Shown one piece after another: positions 38,537 through 51,500 of a stretch of DNA of 64,000 nucleotides (positions are counted from its first letter, which is position 1; every line of letters begins with the position of its first letter). Source of the stretch: Eubacteriales bacterium (GTDB taxonomy: Bacteria; Bacillota; Clostridia; Lachnospirales; Lachnospiraceae); assembly GCA_030540255.1 (NCBI GenBank), contig JAUNWP010000002.1, forward strand, positions 1,535-65,534. Direction: 5' to 3'. Position numbers and translations under genes: made by a program. The notes under the pieces are model-generated. The model was not told the origin of the DNA and did not search any database. It saw nothing but the letters and a program-made list of their open reading frames with translations.

Positions 38537-39400
38537 TCAGATGTTTGAGTACTTCTCTTCTCTCCACTGCTTAGCCTTCTTGAGGCTTCCGAGCTCCTTG
38601 AGCTTATCATTGAACTCGTTAACCTCTTCGTCCTCCCAGCACATGCCGAGGCAAAGAGTATCAAGCCACTGCTCGCGCATTGTAGCAAAGCCCATTGCAT
38701 CAACGCAACGGTTGATAGCCTTCTTCTGAAGTGCCATTGCATTTCTCGGAACCTTTGCAAGATCCTTTGCAAATGCCTTAACAGCCTCATCAAGCTCCTG
38801 ATGCTTAAGCTCAGGCTGAGTCTTGGCATCATACTTGTTCTCCGGATCACATACTACGCACTGATTTGCAATACCGATCTCAACAGCCGTCTTGCCGTCA
38901 TAGAACTTACCTGTAAGAAGGTACTCACGGCACTTTCTGAGATTGATCATGTAAGGCATAGCAAGGAAGGTTGCGCCCTGACCGAACTGGATCTCATTAA
39001 CTCCCATTGAAGCATCATCTGATACAATACAGAAGTCGCAGGCAAGTGCGATATCATGAGCTCCGCCGTAGCAATAGCTGTGAACCTGAGCGATGGTTGG
39101 CTTTGTCATCTCCCAGATCTTCTTACGTGTACGATTGCCGTATGCTTCATAAGCACGACGCTGTGTCTCATTGGTCTCCTTGCCTACAGTAGTGCTGAGA
39201 TCAAAGCCTGCCGAGAAGCATCTGCCTGCACCCTTGATAACTACGACCTTGATGTCGTCCTCTGCCTCGAAGTAATCGCAAGCATCAGCAAGTGCAGCAT
39301 AAGTTGCACGGTTGATACCGTTCATCTTGTCAGGTCTGTTGATGATGATATAACCGATATATCCCTTTTTCTCACATAATACAAGCTGTTCCTCTGCCAT
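38537..39400 (-). CDS. enoyl-CoA hydratase/isomerase (crotonase) family protein
   Basis: 287 aa. INRPDKMNGIN...VVVIKGAGRCFSAGFDL is the crotonase-fold oxyanion-hole region. Has a C-terminal charged extension. Confidence 0.85.
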   Translation of the reverse strand: MAEEQLVLCEKKGYIGYIIINRPDKMNGINRATYAALADACDYFEAEDDIKVVVIKGAGRCFSAGFDLSTTVGKETNETQRRAYEAYGNRTRKKIWEMTKPTIAQVHSYCYGGAHDIALACDFCIVSDDASMGVNEIQFGQGATFLAMPYMINLRKCREYLLTGKFYDGKTAVEIGIANQCVVCDPENKYDAKTQPELKHQELDEAVKAFAKDLAKVPRNAMALQKKAINRCVDAMGFATMREQWLDTLCLGMCWEDEEVNEFNDKLKELGSLKKAKQWREEKYSNI

Positions 39401-39461
39401 TTTTATTTCCTCCTGTAATTAGCCTAAAATGTGCATTGAGTTGCTTTAAAAATCGTTTATT

Positions 39462-39470
39462 ATTATACCA
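39462..39470 (-). promoter_or_regulatory. candidate extended -10 promoter of the crotonase-family gene
   Basis: Minus strand reads TGGTATAAT about 60 nt upstream of the start. The -35 element is poor. Confidence 0.4.
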
Positions 39471-39602
39471 TTATTTTGGCTAAGAATGGAAGTTTTTTGC
39501 ATCTTGTGCAGTATAAAAAACGAGCTTATTTTTGGTTTAACACTTTAAAAAATTGCATATATAAAAAACAGTTATTATGTATACTTTAACTGCTTTTTCT
39601 GA

Positions 39603-39632
39603 TTGACAAATAATTTGCTATCCAACTATAAT
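39603..39632 (+). promoter_or_regulatory. candidate promoter of marR
   Basis: TTGACA, an 18-nt spacer, then TATAAT, 30 nt upstream of the ATG. Confidence 0.55.
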
Positions 39633-39661
39633 TGAAAGATAGTGAATGAAAGGGATGTTCT

Positions 39662-40099
39662 ATGAAATTACAGGAATGTATAAATTTTTTATTAACCAAT
39701 GCACAGAATACTGTATTCACATATTTTAAAAGAGAACTTGCCTGTCTTGATGTTACACCGATTCAGTATGCAACACTAAAATGTCTTTGGGAAGAGGACG
39801 GACAAATGCCGTCTCAGCTTGCAGAGACCCTGAATCTTGACTCCTCTACTGTAACAGGTATACTTGGCAGGCTTGAAGACAAGGAGCTTATCAACCGTTC
39901 ATTCCGCATGGATGACAGACGCAAGGTTATAGTTCATCTTACCGACGCCGGCAAAGCTCTTGAGACTCCTGTCAACGATATTATTACCCGTCTTAATCAC
40001 GAAGTCACCGAGGGCTTAAGTGATGAGCAGATGGATGTGTTCAGGCATCATCTTAAGGTTATCGCCGATAACGCGGCAAGACTTGCCAATCAGAACTGA
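39662..40099 (+). CDS. MarR family transcriptional regulator
   Basis: 145 aa. Winged-HTH region with the blocks TPIQYATLKCLWE, QLAETLNLDSSTVTGILGRLE and DRRKV typical of MarR. Confidence 0.85.
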   Translation: MKLQECINFLLTNAQNTVFTYFKRELACLDVTPIQYATLKCLWEEDGQMPSQLAETLNLDSSTVTGILGRLEDKELINRSFRMDDRRKVIVHLTDAGKALETPVNDIITRLNHEVTEGLSDEQMDVFRHHLKVIADNAARLANQN

Positions 40100-40131
40100 T
40101 ATAAGGTAAAACTATATGTAAAGAGCAATAC

Positions 40132-40156
40132 AGCGGCCTTTGGGCCGCTTTTTTGT
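40132..40156 (+). terminator. intrinsic terminator of marR
   Basis: AGCGGCC-TTTG-GGCCGCT followed by TTTTTTG. Confidence 0.7.
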
Positions 40157-40216
40157 TGCAAAAATTTATCCAAACGCTTCGCGTTCGTCGATCGCGTGCA
40201 TTCGTTGAATGCACGC

Positions 40217-40272
40217 CAACACGCAAAAACAGCCGCTAGTGAGTAAACTCACTGCGGCTGTTTCGCGTGTTG
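40217..40272 (-). terminator. long hairpin terminator downstream of tuf
   Basis: Imperfect stem of about 25 bp (CAACACGC..AACAGCCGC.AGTGAG / CTCACT.GCGGCTGTT..GCGTGTTG). On the minus strand the inner stem is followed by TTTTT. Confidence 0.6.
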
Positions 40273-40305
40273 TCACGCGCTTAACTCATTTGCTTTCGCG
40301 TATAA

Positions 40306-41496
40306 TTAGCCAAGGATCTCAGAAACTCTTCCTGAACCTACTGTACGGCCACCCTCACGGATAGCGAAACGAAGACCCTTCTCCATAGCGATTGGGTGGA
40401 TGAGCTCTACAGTCATCTCTACGTTATCGCCAGGCATGCACATCTCTACGCCTTCCGGAAGATCACACTGACCTGTGATATCTGTTGTACGGAAGTAGAA
40501 CTGCGGTCTGTAGTGTGTGAAGAACGGTGTATGACGGCCACCCTCGTCCTTTGTAAGAACGTAAACCTGACCCTTGAAGTTCTTGTAGCACTTTACAGAA
40601 TCCGGCTTGCAGAGAACCTGTCCACGCTCGATCTGATCTCTGTTAACACCACGAAGAAGTGCACCGATGTTATCTCCTGCCTGAGCCTCATCAAGAAGCT
40701 TACGGAACATCTCGATACCTGTAACAACAGTCTTCATGTTGTCTTCCTTGATACCAACGATCTCAAGAGCATCATTAAGGTGAAGAACACCACGCTCTAC
40801 TCTACCTGTAGCAACTGTTCCACGACCTGTGATTGTGAATACGTCCTCAACAGGCATAAGGAAAGGCTTATCTGTCTCACGAGCCGGATCCGGAATGTAT
40901 GTATCAACGGCATCCATAAGCTCCATGATCTTGTCCTCCCACTCTTTCTCTCCCTCGAGAGCCTTAAGAGCTGAACCACGGATGATCGGAACGTCATCGC
41001 CCGGGAAGTCATACTCGTTAAGAAGATCTCTGATCTCCATCTCAACGAGCTCAAGAAGCTCATCATCCTCAACCATGTCGCACTTGTTCATGAATACAAC
41101 GATGTAAGGAACGCCTACCTGACGAGCAAGAAGGATATGCTCTCTTGTCTGAGCCATAACTCCGTCAGTTGCAGCAACAACGAGGATAGCACCATCCATC
41201 TGTGCAGCACCTGTGATCATGTTCTTAACGTAGTCAGCATGGCCTGGGCAGTCAACGTGAGCATAGTGACGCTTCTCTGTCTGATACTCAACGTGAGAAG
41301 TATTGATTGTGATACCTCTCTCTCTCTCTTCCGGAGCCTTATCGATGTTCTCGAAGTCTACCTTATCGTTACCGGCAACTCTCTCTGAAAGTACTCTTGT
41401 GATAGCTGCAGTAAGAGTTGTCTTACCGTGGTCAACGTGTCCGATAGTTCCGATATTTAAATGCGGCTTACTTCTGTTAAAATGTTCCTTTGCCAT
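40306..41496 (-). CDS. tuf: elongation factor Tu
   Basis: 396 aa, unmistakable EF-Tu sequence ([33 protein letters not shown]...). Confidence 0.97.
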   Translation of the reverse strand: MAKEHFNRSKPHLNIGTIGHVDHGKTTLTAAITRVLSERVAGNDKVDFENIDKAPEERERGITINTSHVEYQTEKRHYAHVDCPGHADYVKNMITGAAQMDGAILVVAATDGVMAQTREHILLARQVGVPYIVVFMNKCDMVEDDELLELVEMEIRDLLNEYDFPGDDVPIIRGSALKALEGEKEWEDKIMELMDAVDTYIPDPARETDKPFLMPVEDVFTITGRGTVATGRVERGVLHLNDALEIVGIKEDNMKTVVTGIEMFRKLLDEAQAGDNIGALLRGVNRDQIERGQVLCKPDSVKCYKNFKGQVYVLTKDEGGRHTPFFTHYRPQFYFRTTDITGQCDLPEGVEMCMPGDNVEMTVELIHPIAMEKGLRFAIREGGRTVGSGRVSEILG

Positions 41497-41592
41497 TGGA
41501 ATCTCCTCCTCAATTGGTTTAGTAAATAATTACTATTTAAAAAGTCTTGGTCTATTATAATTTATTTATAGCCAATTTTCAAGTATATGCAA

Positions 41593-43710
41593 TTACTTGC
41601 CCTTCTTCTCGTTCAGGATCTTCTCCTGTACGTTCTTCGGTACAGCCTGATAGTGATCAAAGAACATGGAGTAGTTACCACGTCCCTGAGTTCCGGAACG
41701 AAGCTCTGTAGAATAGCCGAACATCTCAGCAAGCGGAACTGTAGCCTTGATGATCTTTCCGCCTCCTACATCGTCCATCTCCATAACCTGACCTCTACGT
41801 CTGTTGAAGTCACCGTTAACGAATCCTGTGTACTCCTCAGGAACAGTAACCTCTACCTTCATGATAGGCTCAAGAAGTGTAGGTGCACCCTTAGCCATAG
41901 CCTCCTTAAGTGCAAGTGAACCTGCAATATGGAATGCCATCTCCGAAGAGTCGACCTCGTGGTAACTTCCGTCCCAAACATTTGCAGAAATACCGATAAC
42001 CGGGAATCCGCCAAGCGGGCCTGCCTTCATTGCTTCCTGAATACCCTCGTTAACAGGCTCGATGTACTCCTTCGGAATAGCACCGCCGACAACGGTATTC
42101 TCGAACTTATAAAGCTCTTCGCCGTTTGCATCCATAGGAGCAAACTTAACCTTACAATGTCCGTACTGACCCTTACCACCCGACTGCTTAACGTACTTGG
42201 AATCTACGTCTGCAGGCTTGGTAATTGTCTCCTTATATGCAACCTGAGGTGCACCGACATTAGCCTCAACGTTAAACTCACGAAGAAGTCTGTCAACAAT
42301 GATCTCAAGGTGAAGCTCACCCATACCTGAGATGATAGTCTGGCCTGTCTCGGTATCTGTCTTTGTTCTGAATGTAGGATCCTCTTCTGCAAGCTTTGCA
42401 AGAGCCTCGCCCATCTTACCCTGTGAAGCCTTGGTCTTAGGCTCGATAGCAACATCGATAACCGGCTCCGGGAATTCCATTGACTCAAGGATAACAGGAT
42501 GCTGCTCGTCACAGATAGTATCACCTGTACCTGTAAACTTGAAGCCTACTGCTGCAGCGATATCACCCGAATAGCACTTATCAAGCTCATGACGCTTGTT
42601 GGCATGCATCTGAAGGATACGTCCTACACGCTCCTTCTTGTTCTTTGTAGCGTTAAGTACATAAGAACCTGAGTTTACAGTACCTGAGTAAACTCTGAAG
42701 TAAGCAAGCTTTCCTACGAAAGGATCTGTCATGATCTTGAATGCAAGAGCTGCAAACGGCTCTTCATCAGATGAATGACGAACGACCTCATTACCGTCAA
42801 GATCAACTCCGTCGATAGGCGGAACATCAAGCGGTGAAGGCATAAAGTCAATGATAGCATCAAGAAGCTTCTGGATACCCTTGTTTCTGTATGCAGAACC
42901 ACAGCAAACAGGAATTGCTGTACACTCACAGCATCCCTTTCTGAGCGCTGCTTTGAGCTGCTCCTCTGTCGGAACCTCTCCGTCAAGGAACATCATGGTA
43001 AGCTCGTCATCAAGCTCACAGATCTTCTCTACAAGCTCATCACGATACATCTCAGCATCGTCCTTCATATCCTCAGGGATATCTATGATAGAAACGTCAT
43101 CACCCTTATCATCATTGTAGATATATGCCTTCATCTCGAAAAGGTCGATGATTCCCTTGAAAGAATCCTCCTTGCCGATAGGAAGCTGAGTGATGATAGT
43201 ATTCTTACCGAGTCTGTCATGGATCTGCTGAACAGCACCGTAGAAGTTAGCACCAAGTATATCCATCTTATTGATGAAAGCCATACGTGGTACATTGTAG
43301 GTATCAGCCTGTCTCCATACGTTCTCTGACTGAGGCTCAACTCCGCCCTTGGCACAGAATACGCCTACAGCTCCGTCAAGTACTCTGAGTGAACGCTCAA
43401 CCTCTACTGTGAAGTCAACGTGACCAGGAGTATCGATAATGTTGATACGGTTCTCCGGCTCATTCGGATCCGGTTTGTTGTTCTTGTGCTTTGTCCAGTG
43501 GCAGGTCGTAGCAGCTGATGTGATAGTGATACCACGCTCCTGCTCCTGAGCCATCCAGTCCATGGTAGCAGTTCCTTCGTGGGTATCACCGATTTTGTAG
43601 TTAACACCTGTGTAATAAAGGATACGCTCTGTCAATGTAGTCTTACCTGCATCGATATGAGCCATGATTCCGATATTACGTGTTCTTTCTAACGGATATT
43701 CTCTTCCCAT
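41593..43710 (-). CDS. fusA: elongation factor G
   Basis: 705 aa. [15 protein letters not shown] and DTPGHVDF with all five EF-G domains. Conserved rpsL-rpsG-fusA-tuf order. Confidence 0.97.
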   Translation of the reverse strand: MGREYPLERTRNIGIMAHIDAGKTTLTERILYYTGVNYKIGDTHEGTATMDWMAQEQERGITITSAATTCHWTKHKNNKPDPNEPENRINIIDTPGHVDFTVEVERSLRVLDGAVGVFCAKGGVEPQSENVWRQADTYNVPRMAFINKMDILGANFYGAVQQIHDRLGKNTIITQLPIGKEDSFKGIIDLFEMKAYIYNDDKGDDVSIIDIPEDMKDDAEMYRDELVEKICELDDELTMMFLDGEVPTEEQLKAALRKGCCECTAIPVCCGSAYRNKGIQKLLDAIIDFMPSPLDVPPIDGVDLDGNEVVRHSSDEEPFAALAFKIMTDPFVGKLAYFRVYSGTVNSGSYVLNATKNKKERVGRILQMHANKRHELDKCYSGDIAAAVGFKFTGTGDTICDEQHPVILESMEFPEPVIDVAIEPKTKASQGKMGEALAKLAEEDPTFRTKTDTETGQTIISGMGELHLEIIVDRLLREFNVEANVGAPQVAYKETITKPADVDSKYVKQSGGKGQYGHCKVKFAPMDANGEELYKFENTVVGGAIPKEYIEPVNEGIQEAMKAGPLGGFPVIGISANVWDGSYHEVDSSEMAFHIAGSLALKEAMAKGAPTLLEPIMKVEVTVPEEYTGFVNGDFNRRRGQVMEMDDVGGGKIIKATVPLAEMFGYSTELRSGTQGRGNYSMFFDHYQAVPKNVQEKILNEKKGK

Positions 43711-43739
43711 TTATTAAACGCTCCTTAAAAACGCGAGAA

Positions 43740-44210
43740 TCAGAAACGATAGTGAGCAAATGCCTTGTTAGCCTCTGCCATTCTATGCATCTCTTCTTTT
43801 CTCTTTACGGAAGCGCCTGTGTTGTTGGCAGCATCCATTATCTCATTTGCAAGTCTTTCTCTCTGAGTCTTCTCGCCTCTCTTACGTGAGAATGTTGTTA
43901 ACCAACGAAGACCGAGAGCCTGTCTTCTCTCCGGCTTAACCTCGATCGGTACCTGATATGTAGCACCACCGATACGCTTTGCCTTAACCTCAAGAACAGG
44001 CATAATGTTATTCATAGCTTCCTCGAATACCTCGACAGCCGGCTTTCCGCTCTTAGCCTCGACCTCTTCGAAGGCGCCGTAAACGATTTTCTGTGCAACT
44101 CCGCGCTTACCATCAAGCATTATCTGATTGATGAGCTTTGTAACTACCTTATTTCCGTAGATCGGATCTGCCAGAACGTCTCTCTTTTGAGTATGTCCTT
44201 TACGCGGCAC
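43740..44210 (-). CDS. rpsG: 30S ribosomal protein S7
   Basis: 156 aa, [20 protein letters not shown]... Confidence 0.97.
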   Translation of the reverse strand: MPRKGHTQKRDVLADPIYGNKVVTKLINQIMLDGKRGVAQKIVYGAFEEVEAKSGKPAVEVFEEAMNNIMPVLEVKAKRIGGATYQVPIEVKPERRQALGLRWLTTFSRKRGEKTQRERLANEIMDAANNTGASVKRKEEMHRMAEANKAFAHYRF

Positions 44211-44315
44211 GATACTTCCCTCCTTAATTACGTTTTACATTAGATCATCGGTACTCTCAGAAATTGAGACATGTATTGTTACAACCATTAAATCTCAAAA
44301 TCCAAGTTATACGAA

Positions 44316-44735
44316 TTACTTCTTCTCTTTCGGCTTCTTAGCGCCGTACTTGGAACGTGCCTGCTTGCGGTTTGCAACGCCTGCTGTATCAAGTGTTCCG
44401 CGGATGATGTGATAACGTGTACCCGGAAGGTCCTTTACACGGCCTCCTCTGATAAGTACTACGCTATGCTCCTGAAGGTTGTGACCTTCTCCCGGGATGT
44501 AGCTTGTTACTTCGATTCCGTTTGAAAGACGTACTCTGGCGATCTTACGAAGTGCGGAGTTAGGCTTCTTAGGTGTAGCTGTCTTAACTGCTGTACAAAC
44601 ACCACGCTTCTGCGGTGATGATTCATCAGTCGCATGCTTCTTAAGAGAGTTAAATCCCTTCTGAAGTGCAGGTGCTGTTGACTTCTTTGCTAATGTCTGT
44701 CTTCCCTTTCTAACCAGCTGGTTAATTGTTGGCAT
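44316..44735 (-). CDS. rpsL: 30S ribosomal protein S12
   Basis: ORF 44316..44744. Preferred start is the ATG at 44735 ([12 protein letters not shown]), with a GGAGGTG RBS 6 nt upstream. The track's start is a GTG inside that RBS. Confidence 0.95.
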   Translation of the reverse strand: MPTINQLVRKGRQTLAKKSTAPALQKGFNSLKKHATDESSPQKRGVCTAVKTATPKKPNSALRKIARVRLSNGIEVTSYIPGEGHNLQEHSVVLIRGGRVKDLPGTRYHIIRGTLDTAGVANRKQARSKYGAKKPKEKK

Positions 44736-44812
44736 TCTTTTCACCTCCTTTGAGATTCAATGGTTGTTATTTAAGCAACAAATATGACGCGTGTATGCAC
44801 ACGCGCCATATA

Positions 44813-44841
44813 ATAATATTAGTATTGAGTTTAAAAGTCAA
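44813..44841 (-). promoter_or_regulatory. candidate promoter of the rpsL-rpsG-fusA-tuf operon
   Basis: Minus strand reads TTGACT, a 17-nt spacer, then TATTAT, in the rpoC-rpsL spacer. Confidence 0.6.
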
Positions 44842-44874
44842 GCTTTTTTATTATTTTTAATAAGTTTGCTTTGA

Positions 44875-47800
44875 TCACTCTTCTGCAGGTGTCTCTTCAT
44901 CTGCATCAAGCTCATTTGCAGGCTCATATGCGGCATTCTTATCATAGCTTTCGTATGAGAAGATAGGATCGTGAGACTTCATCTCTCCATCAGTGGAAAG
45001 TGCGATATCGCTGTAGCACTTCATGCCTGTGCCGGCAGGAATAAGCTTACCGATAAGAACATTTTCCTTAAGTCCGTTAAGATGATCGACCTTGCCGTTG
45101 ATTGCAGCTTCTGTAAGGACCTTGGTAGTCTCCTGGAATGATGCAGCGGAAAGGAACGAATCTGTCGCAAGAGATGCCTTTGTGATACCAAGCATGATTA
45201 TCTTGCCTTCTGCCGGATTCTTGCCTTCAGCCTCAAGCTCCTCATTAGCCTCGTTGAAGTCTATGAGATTAACACTCATACCAGGAAGGAACTCAGAATC
45301 TCCCTGCTCCTCTATTCTTACCTTCTTCATCATCTGTCTTACTATGAGCTCGATATGCTTATCGTTGATATCAACACCCTGAAGACGATATACACGCTGT
45401 ACTTCCTTAAGCATGTAGTCCTGAACAGCTCTTGCTCCCTTTATGCGAAGGAGGTCATGCGGGTTGACAGAACCCTCTGTGATCTCGTCACCTGCCTCAA
45501 GAACATCTCCGTCCTGAACCTTAAGTCTTGAACCGTAAGGAATAAGATAAGTCTTAGCCTCGTTGCTCTCATTGTCGGTAACTGTGATCTCACGCTTTCT
45601 CTTTGTTTCCTTAAGTGAAACAACGCCCGGTATCTCGGAGATGATAGCAAGTCCCTTTGGCTTTCTTGCCTCAAACAACTCCTCGACTCTCGGAAGACCC
45701 TGAGTGATATCCTGGTTAGATGCGACACCACCCGTATGGAAGTTACGCATGGTAAGCTGAGTACCCGGCTCACCGATAGACTGAGCGGCAATAACTCCGA
45801 CAGCTTCACCGACCTGAACCGCAGATCTTGTTGCCATGTTCGCACCGTAGCACTTAGCACATACACCCGACTTTGAACGGCAGGTAAGTACTGTACGGAT
45901 CTTGACTGTGTTTCTGCCAAGCTTCTCAAGTGCCTTAACGACCTTCTTAGCCTTGGCAACGGTACAAAGATCATTTGCCTTGATAGCGATCTCGTTAGTC
46001 TCAGGATCGATAATAGTCTCGGCAACGCATCTTCCTGTGATACGCTCCTCAAGATTCTCGATAACCTCCTGACCGTCAGTGAATCCGCTTATCTCCATTG
46101 AAGGAAGCTGTTCCTCGCTCTTGCCTACCGAGCAGTCCTCTTCCTTGATGATGAGTTCCTGAGATACATCTACAAGTCGTCTTGTAAGGTATCCTGAGTC
46201 GGCTGTACGAAGAGCTGTATCAGAAAGTCCCTTACGTGCTCCGTGTGCCGAGATGAAATACTCAAGGATATCAAGTCCTTCACGGAAGTTTGATGTGATA
46301 GGAAGCTCGATGGTGTGTCCTGTTGTATCAGCCATGAGTCCTCGCATACCTGCAAGCTGCTTGATCTGCTTATTAGATCCACGGGCTCCCGAATCAGCCA
46401 TCATCTTAAGGTTGTTGTACTGGTCAAGTCCGGCGATAAGCTCATTGGTAAGCAAATCATCGGCTGCCTTCCATGTATCGATAACCTCCTTATAACGCTC
46501 TTCTTCGGTAATAAGACCACGTGCCTTATCACGTGCGATCCTGTCAACAGTCTTCTGAGCCTTGTCGATTATCTCCTGCTTATCCTCAGGAACCACCATA
46601 TCAGAGATGGATACCGTAAGGGCAGCTCTTGTTGAGAACTTGTATCCGAGTGCCTTGATGTTATCAAGTGCTACTGCTGTAGCTGTCGCACCGTGGATAT
46701 TCATAATCCTCTCAAGTACCTCCTTAAGTTCTCCCTTCTTAACAAGGAAGTCAACCTCAGGTGCATACTTCTTATCCTCAACACTTCTGTCAACAAAACC
46801 GAGATCCTGAGGGATAAGTTCATTGAATATAAGTCTTCCTACTGTAGTCTCGATAACCGGATGGATAAGGCTTCCGTCCTCAGCTGTTCTCTCAACTCTG
46901 GTCTTGACTCTTGCATGAAGGTCTACGGCACCGTTCTCGTATGCAAGTATAGCCTCATTTACACTCTTATATGCAGATCCTTCGCCTGTTGTTCCCGGTC
47001 TCTCCTGTGTAAGGTAATAGATACCGAGGACCATATCCTGTGAAGGAACGGCAACTACGGATCCGTCCGAAGGCTTGAGGAGGTTGTTCGGGCTGAGGAG
47101 CATGAAACGGCACTCTGCCTGAGCCTCAAGTGTAATCGGAAGATGCACAGCCATCTGGTCTCCGTCAAAGTCGGCGTTGAAAGCTGTACAAACAAGCGGA
47201 TGAAGCTTGATAGCCTTACCCTCTACAAGGATAGGCTCAAACGCCTGAATACCGAGTCTGTGAAGTGTGGGGGCACGGTTAAGCATAACCGGATGCTCTT
47301 TGATAACATCCTCAAGTACATCCCATACTCCCGGCTCAAGTCTCTCTACCATCTTCTTGGCAGCCTTGATATTGTGAGCGGAACCATTCTGAACAAGCTC
47401 CTTCATTACGAAAGGCTTGAAGAGCTCTATTGCCATCTCCTTAGGAAGACCGCACTGATATATCTTAAGCTCAGGTCCTACGACGATAACCGAACGTCCC
47501 GAATAGTCTACTCGCTTACCGAGGAGGTTCTGACGGAAACGTCCCTGCTTACCCTTAAGCATATCGGAAAGTGACTTAAGCGCACGATTTCCCGGTCCTG
47601 TTACCGGACGTCCGCGTCTGCCGTTATCGATAAGTGCGTCTACAGCCTCCTGAAGCATTCTCTTCTCATTACGGATAATGATCTCAGGTGCTCCGAGTTC
47701 AAGCAGTCTCGCAAGTCTGTTGTTTCTGTTAATGATCCTTCTGTAAAGGTCGTTAAGGTCGGATGTAGCAAATCTTCCGCCGTCAAGCTGTACCATAGGT

Positions 47801-48537
47801 CTGATATCCGGAGGAATTACCGGAATAACGGTAAGCACCATCCACTCAGGCTTGTTGCCCGAAAGTCTGAATGCTTCAACCACCTCAAGTCTCTTGACTA
47901 TACGTGCACGCTTCTGTCCGGAGCTGTCATGAAGCTCGCTCTTAAGCTGTTCAGCTTCCTTCTCAAGATCAATATTCTTAAGAAGCTCAAGTACAGCCTC
48001 GGCACCCATGCCTACGCGGAATGCATCATAGCCGTTCTTTGCAACCTCGTCTCTGTACTCTTTCTCCGAGAGTACCTGCTTATAGGACAGGCTTGTTGCT
48101 CCCGGATCAAGAACAATATAAGAAGCAAAGTAAAGTACCTTCTCAAGAACTCTCGGGGATATGTCAAGAATGAGTCCCATTCTTGACGGTATTCCCTTGA
48201 AGTACCATATATGTGATACAGGTGCGGCAAGTGTGATATGTCCGAGTCTCTCACGTCTTACAGAAGACTTGGTTACCTCGACTCCGCACTTATCGCAGAC
48301 AACGCCCTTAAAGCGCATCTTCTTGTATTTTCCGCAATGGCATTCCCAGTCCTTGCTCGGTCCGAATATCCTCTCGCAGTAAAGTCCGTCTTTCTCAGGC
48401 TTAAGAGTACGATAGTTGATAGTCTCAGGCTTTGTTACCTCACCGTGTGACCATTCAAGTATCTTCTCCGGAGATGCAAGTCTAATCTGTATCGAGTCGA
48501 ATGTCATCGGCTCGTAATTTTCCTGATTTTGTGCCAT
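44875..48537 (-). CDS. rpoC: DNA-directed RNA polymerase beta' subunit
   Basis: 1220 aa. Zinc finger [17 protein letters not shown] and the catalytic NADFDGD motif. Confidence 0.97.
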   Translation of the reverse strand: MAQNQENYEPMTFDSIQIRLASPEKILEWSHGEVTKPETINYRTLKPEKDGLYCERIFGPSKDWECHCGKYKKMRFKGVVCDKCGVEVTKSSVRRERLGHITLAAPVSHIWYFKGIPSRMGLILDISPRVLEKVLYFASYIVLDPGATSLSYKQVLSEKEYRDEVAKNGYDAFRVGMGAEAVLELLKNIDLEKEAEQLKSELHDSSGQKRARIVKRLEVVEAFRLSGNKPEWMVLTVIPVIPPDIRPMVQLDGGRFATSDLNDLYRRIINRNNRLARLLELGAPEIIIRNEKRMLQEAVDALIDNGRRGRPVTGPGNRALKSLSDMLKGKQGRFRQNLLGKRVDYSGRSVIVVGPELKIYQCGLPKEMAIELFKPFVMKELVQNGSAHNIKAAKKMVERLEPGVWDVLEDVIKEHPVMLNRAPTLHRLGIQAFEPILVEGKAIKLHPLVCTAFNADFDGDQMAVHLPITLEAQAECRFMLLSPNNLLKPSDGSVVAVPSQDMVLGIYYLTQERPGTTGEGSAYKSVNEAILAYENGAVDLHARVKTRVERTAEDGSLIHPVIETTVGRLIFNELIPQDLGFVDRSVEDKKYAPEVDFLVKKGELKEVLERIMNIHGATATAVALDNIKALGYKFSTRAALTVSISDMVVPEDKQEIIDKAQKTVDRIARDKARGLITEEERYKEVIDTWKAADDLLTNELIAGLDQYNNLKMMADSGARGSNKQIKQLAGMRGLMADTTGHTIELPITSNFREGLDILEYFISAHGARKGLSDTALRTADSGYLTRRLVDVSQELIIKEEDCSVGKSEEQLPSMEISGFTDGQEVIENLEERITGRCVAETIIDPETNEIAIKANDLCTVAKAKKVVKALEKLGRNTVKIRTVLTCRSKSGVCAKCYGANMATRSAVQVGEAVGVIAAQSIGEPGTQLTMRNFHTGGVASNQDITQGLPRVEELFEARKPKGLAIISEIPGVVSLKETKRKREITVTDNESNEAKTYLIPYGSRLKVQDGDVLEAGDEITEGSVNPHDLLRIKGARAVQDYMLKEVQRVYRLQGVDINDKHIELIVRQMMKKVRIEEQGDSEFLPGMSVNLIDFNEANEELEAEGKNPAEGKIIMLGITKASLATDSFLSAASFQETTKVLTEAAINGKVDHLNGLKENVLIGKLIPAGTGMKCYSDIALSTDGEMKSHDPIFSYESYDKNAAYEPANELDADEETPAEE

Positions 48538-48556
48538 ATTTTACGCTTCTCCTCTC

Positions 48557-51500
48557 TCAAGTCTCATCTGAAAAGTCTTCCGAATCAAAATCATCGTCAG
48601 CCTTGGAATCTTCAAGCTCAAGCTCGCTGTCTTCAGCTCCCTCAAGTTCTCCCTGATCGTTAAATTGCTGAGTCATATATCCGTAATCAGAGAACTCTCT
48701 CTTATCCTGATCACGATATCTTCTGTCTCCCTCAAGAAGTCTGTGAAGATTCATATCGGTATCATCAAGATTCTCCTTGAGCTCAACAACGTTGCCATTC
48801 TCATCAAGTACGTTGATATCCATGGCAAGTGACTGAAGCTCCTTGACAAGAACCTTGAATGACTCAGGAATGCCGGCCTTCGGAATGTTCTCACCCTTAA
48901 TGATAGCCTCATAAGTCTTAACACGTCCCACAACGTCATCGGACTTCATGGTAAGGATCTCCTGAAGTGTATAAGCTGCGCCGTACGCCTCAAGCGCCCA
49001 AACCTCCATCTCTCCGAAACGCTGTCCGCCGAACTGTGCTTTACCACCGAGCGGCTGCTGTGTAACGAGTGAGTAAGGACCTGTCGAACGTGCATGGATC
49101 TTATCGTCAACAAGGTGATGAAGCTTAAGATAATGCATGTGTCCTACAGAAACCGGTGAGTCAAAATACTCTCCCGAGCGTCCGTCTCTCAGACGAACCT
49201 TACCGTCACGGCTTATCGGAACACCCTTCCAGAGCGCTCTGTGCTCAAGATGTGTGCCGAGGTACTCCATAACATCCGGCTTAAGTACATCCTTATACTT
49301 AGCCTCAAAGTCCTCCCAGGAACCATTTACATAATCATTTGCCATCTCAAGGCAGTCCTGGATATCATTCTCGTTTGCACCCTCGAATATAGGTGTTGCG
49401 ATATTGAAGCCGAGAGCTCTTGCAGCAAGGCTTAAGTGGAACTCAAGAACCTGTCCTATGTTCATTCGGGAAGGAACGCCGAGTGGGTTAAGTACGATAT
49501 CAAGCGGACGTCCGTTAGGAAGATAAGGCATATCCTCAACAGGCAGAACTCTTGAGACAACTCCCTTGTTTCCGTGACGGCCGGCCATCTTATCACCGAC
49601 ACCGATCTTACGCTTCTGTGCTATATAAATTCTTACGGACTTGTTTACTCCCGGTGAGAGTTCGTCCGAATTCTCTCTTGTAAATACCTTTGCGTCAACT
49701 ACTACGCCGTATGCTCCGTGCGGAACCTTAAGTGAGGTATCACGTACCTCTCGTGCCTTCTCACCGAAGATGGCACGGAGAAGTCTCTCCTCAGGTGTAA
49801 GTTCAGTCTCTCCCTTAGGAGTTACCTTACCTACAAGAATGTCGCCGGCGCGAACCTCTGCACCGATACGGATGATACCGTTGTCATTAAGGTTCTTGAG
49901 GGCATCGTCACCCACACCCGGAACATCCTTAGTTATCTCCTCAGGTCCGAGCTTGGTATCTCTTGCCTCGCACTCATACTCCTCAATATGTACGGAAGTA
50001 TATACATCATCCTGAACAAGTCTCTCTGACAGAAGAACGGCATCCTCGTAGTTGTAACCCTCCCAGGTCATGAAGCCGATAAGCGGATTCTTTCCGAGTG
50101 CGATCTCTCCGTTTGATGTAGACGGACCGTCGGCAATGATCTCGCCTGCCTTGACCTTATCTCCTACATTGACTATAGGTCTCTGGTTGTAGCAGTTTGA
50201 CTGGTTTGAACGCATAAACTTTGTAAGCTTATACACGTCAAGATTACCCTTGTCAGGCTTAACCTCTATACGATTTGCGGCAACGTGTGTAACGGTTCCG
50301 TCATGAAGTGCCACTACACATACACCCGAGTCCTTGGCAACCTTATCATCAATACCTGTACCGATTACGGAAGCCTCTGTCTTGAGAAGCGGAACAGCCT
50401 GACGCTGCATGTTCGATCCCATGAGGGCACGTGTCGGGTCATCGTTCTCAAGGAAAGGTATCATTGATGTAGCTACCGAAAGAAGCATCTTAGGAGATAC
50501 ATCCATGAGATCTACCGAATTACGGTTAAAGCTGGTTGTTTCCTCTCTGAAACGACCGGAAACATTCTTATTCTTGAAATGTCCCTCATCATCAAGAGGC
50601 TCGTTAGCCTGAGCAACTCTATAGTTATCCTCTTCATCTGCTGTAAGATATACGATCTTCTCTGTTACAACAGGATTGGTCGGATCACTCTTGTCAACTA
50701 CGCGGTAAGGCGCCTCGATGAATCCGTACTCATTGATCCTTGCATAAGATGCAAGTGAGTTGATAAGACCGATGTTCGGTCCCTCGGGAGTCTCGATAGG
50801 GCACATACGTCCGTAGTGAGTATAATGAACATCTCGAACCTCGAATCCCGCACGGTCTCTTGAAAGTCCGCCCGGTCCGAGTGCCGAAAGACGACGCTTG
50901 TGTGTAAGCTCTGAAAGCGGATTGTTCTGGTCCATGAACTGTGAAAGCTGTGATGAACCGAAGAACTCCTTGACTGCTGCGGTAACAGGCTTGATGTTGA
51001 CAAGTGATGTAGGAGTAATGTCGTCAATATCCTGAGTTGACATACGCTCTCTTACAACTCTCTCCATACGGCTGAGACCGATACGGTACTGGTTCTGAAG
51101 CAATTCGCCTACGGCACGGATACGACGGTTACCGAGGTGGTCGATATCGTCTGCATCTCCGATGCCTTCCTCTATATGCATATTGTAGTTGATAGATACA
51201 AGAATATCCTCTCTTGTAATATGCTTAGGGATGAGAAGTGAAAGATTCTTCCTGATGACAGCCTTAAGCTCATCCTCCGAAGCTCCCTCATTCTCACTCA
51301 AAAGCTCCTTGAGTGCCGGATAGTAAACCAGCTCGTGAACATCCGCTTCCTTAGGATCGAAGCTTACGAAAGCTCCGAGATCTACCATACGGTTGGAAAG
51401 GACTCTTACTATCCTTCCCTCGGTATTCTCGGCATCTACCTTACCTCTGACATTGACATAGATACATCCTGTATTCTGAATGCGGTCGCAAGTCTCGCGG

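Noticed and set aside
38299-38850. 183-aa minus-strand ORF overlapping the 3' part of the crotonase-family gene in another frame
   Set aside because: It overlaps a well-supported CDS and extends through the terminator hairpins. It is arginine- and serine-rich, typical of an off-frame artefact.
40167-40216. Apparent relative of the first about 40 nt of the 72-bp repeat unit (shared GCTTCGC, TCGAT and CGTGC blocks) downstream of marR
   Set aside because: Manual alignment gives only about 27 matches over about 37 columns, with two gaps. That would not be significant for a 64-kb search space. The shared pieces are short GC-cored hairpin motifs. A real BLASTN or cmsearch run is needed before calling this a repeat family.
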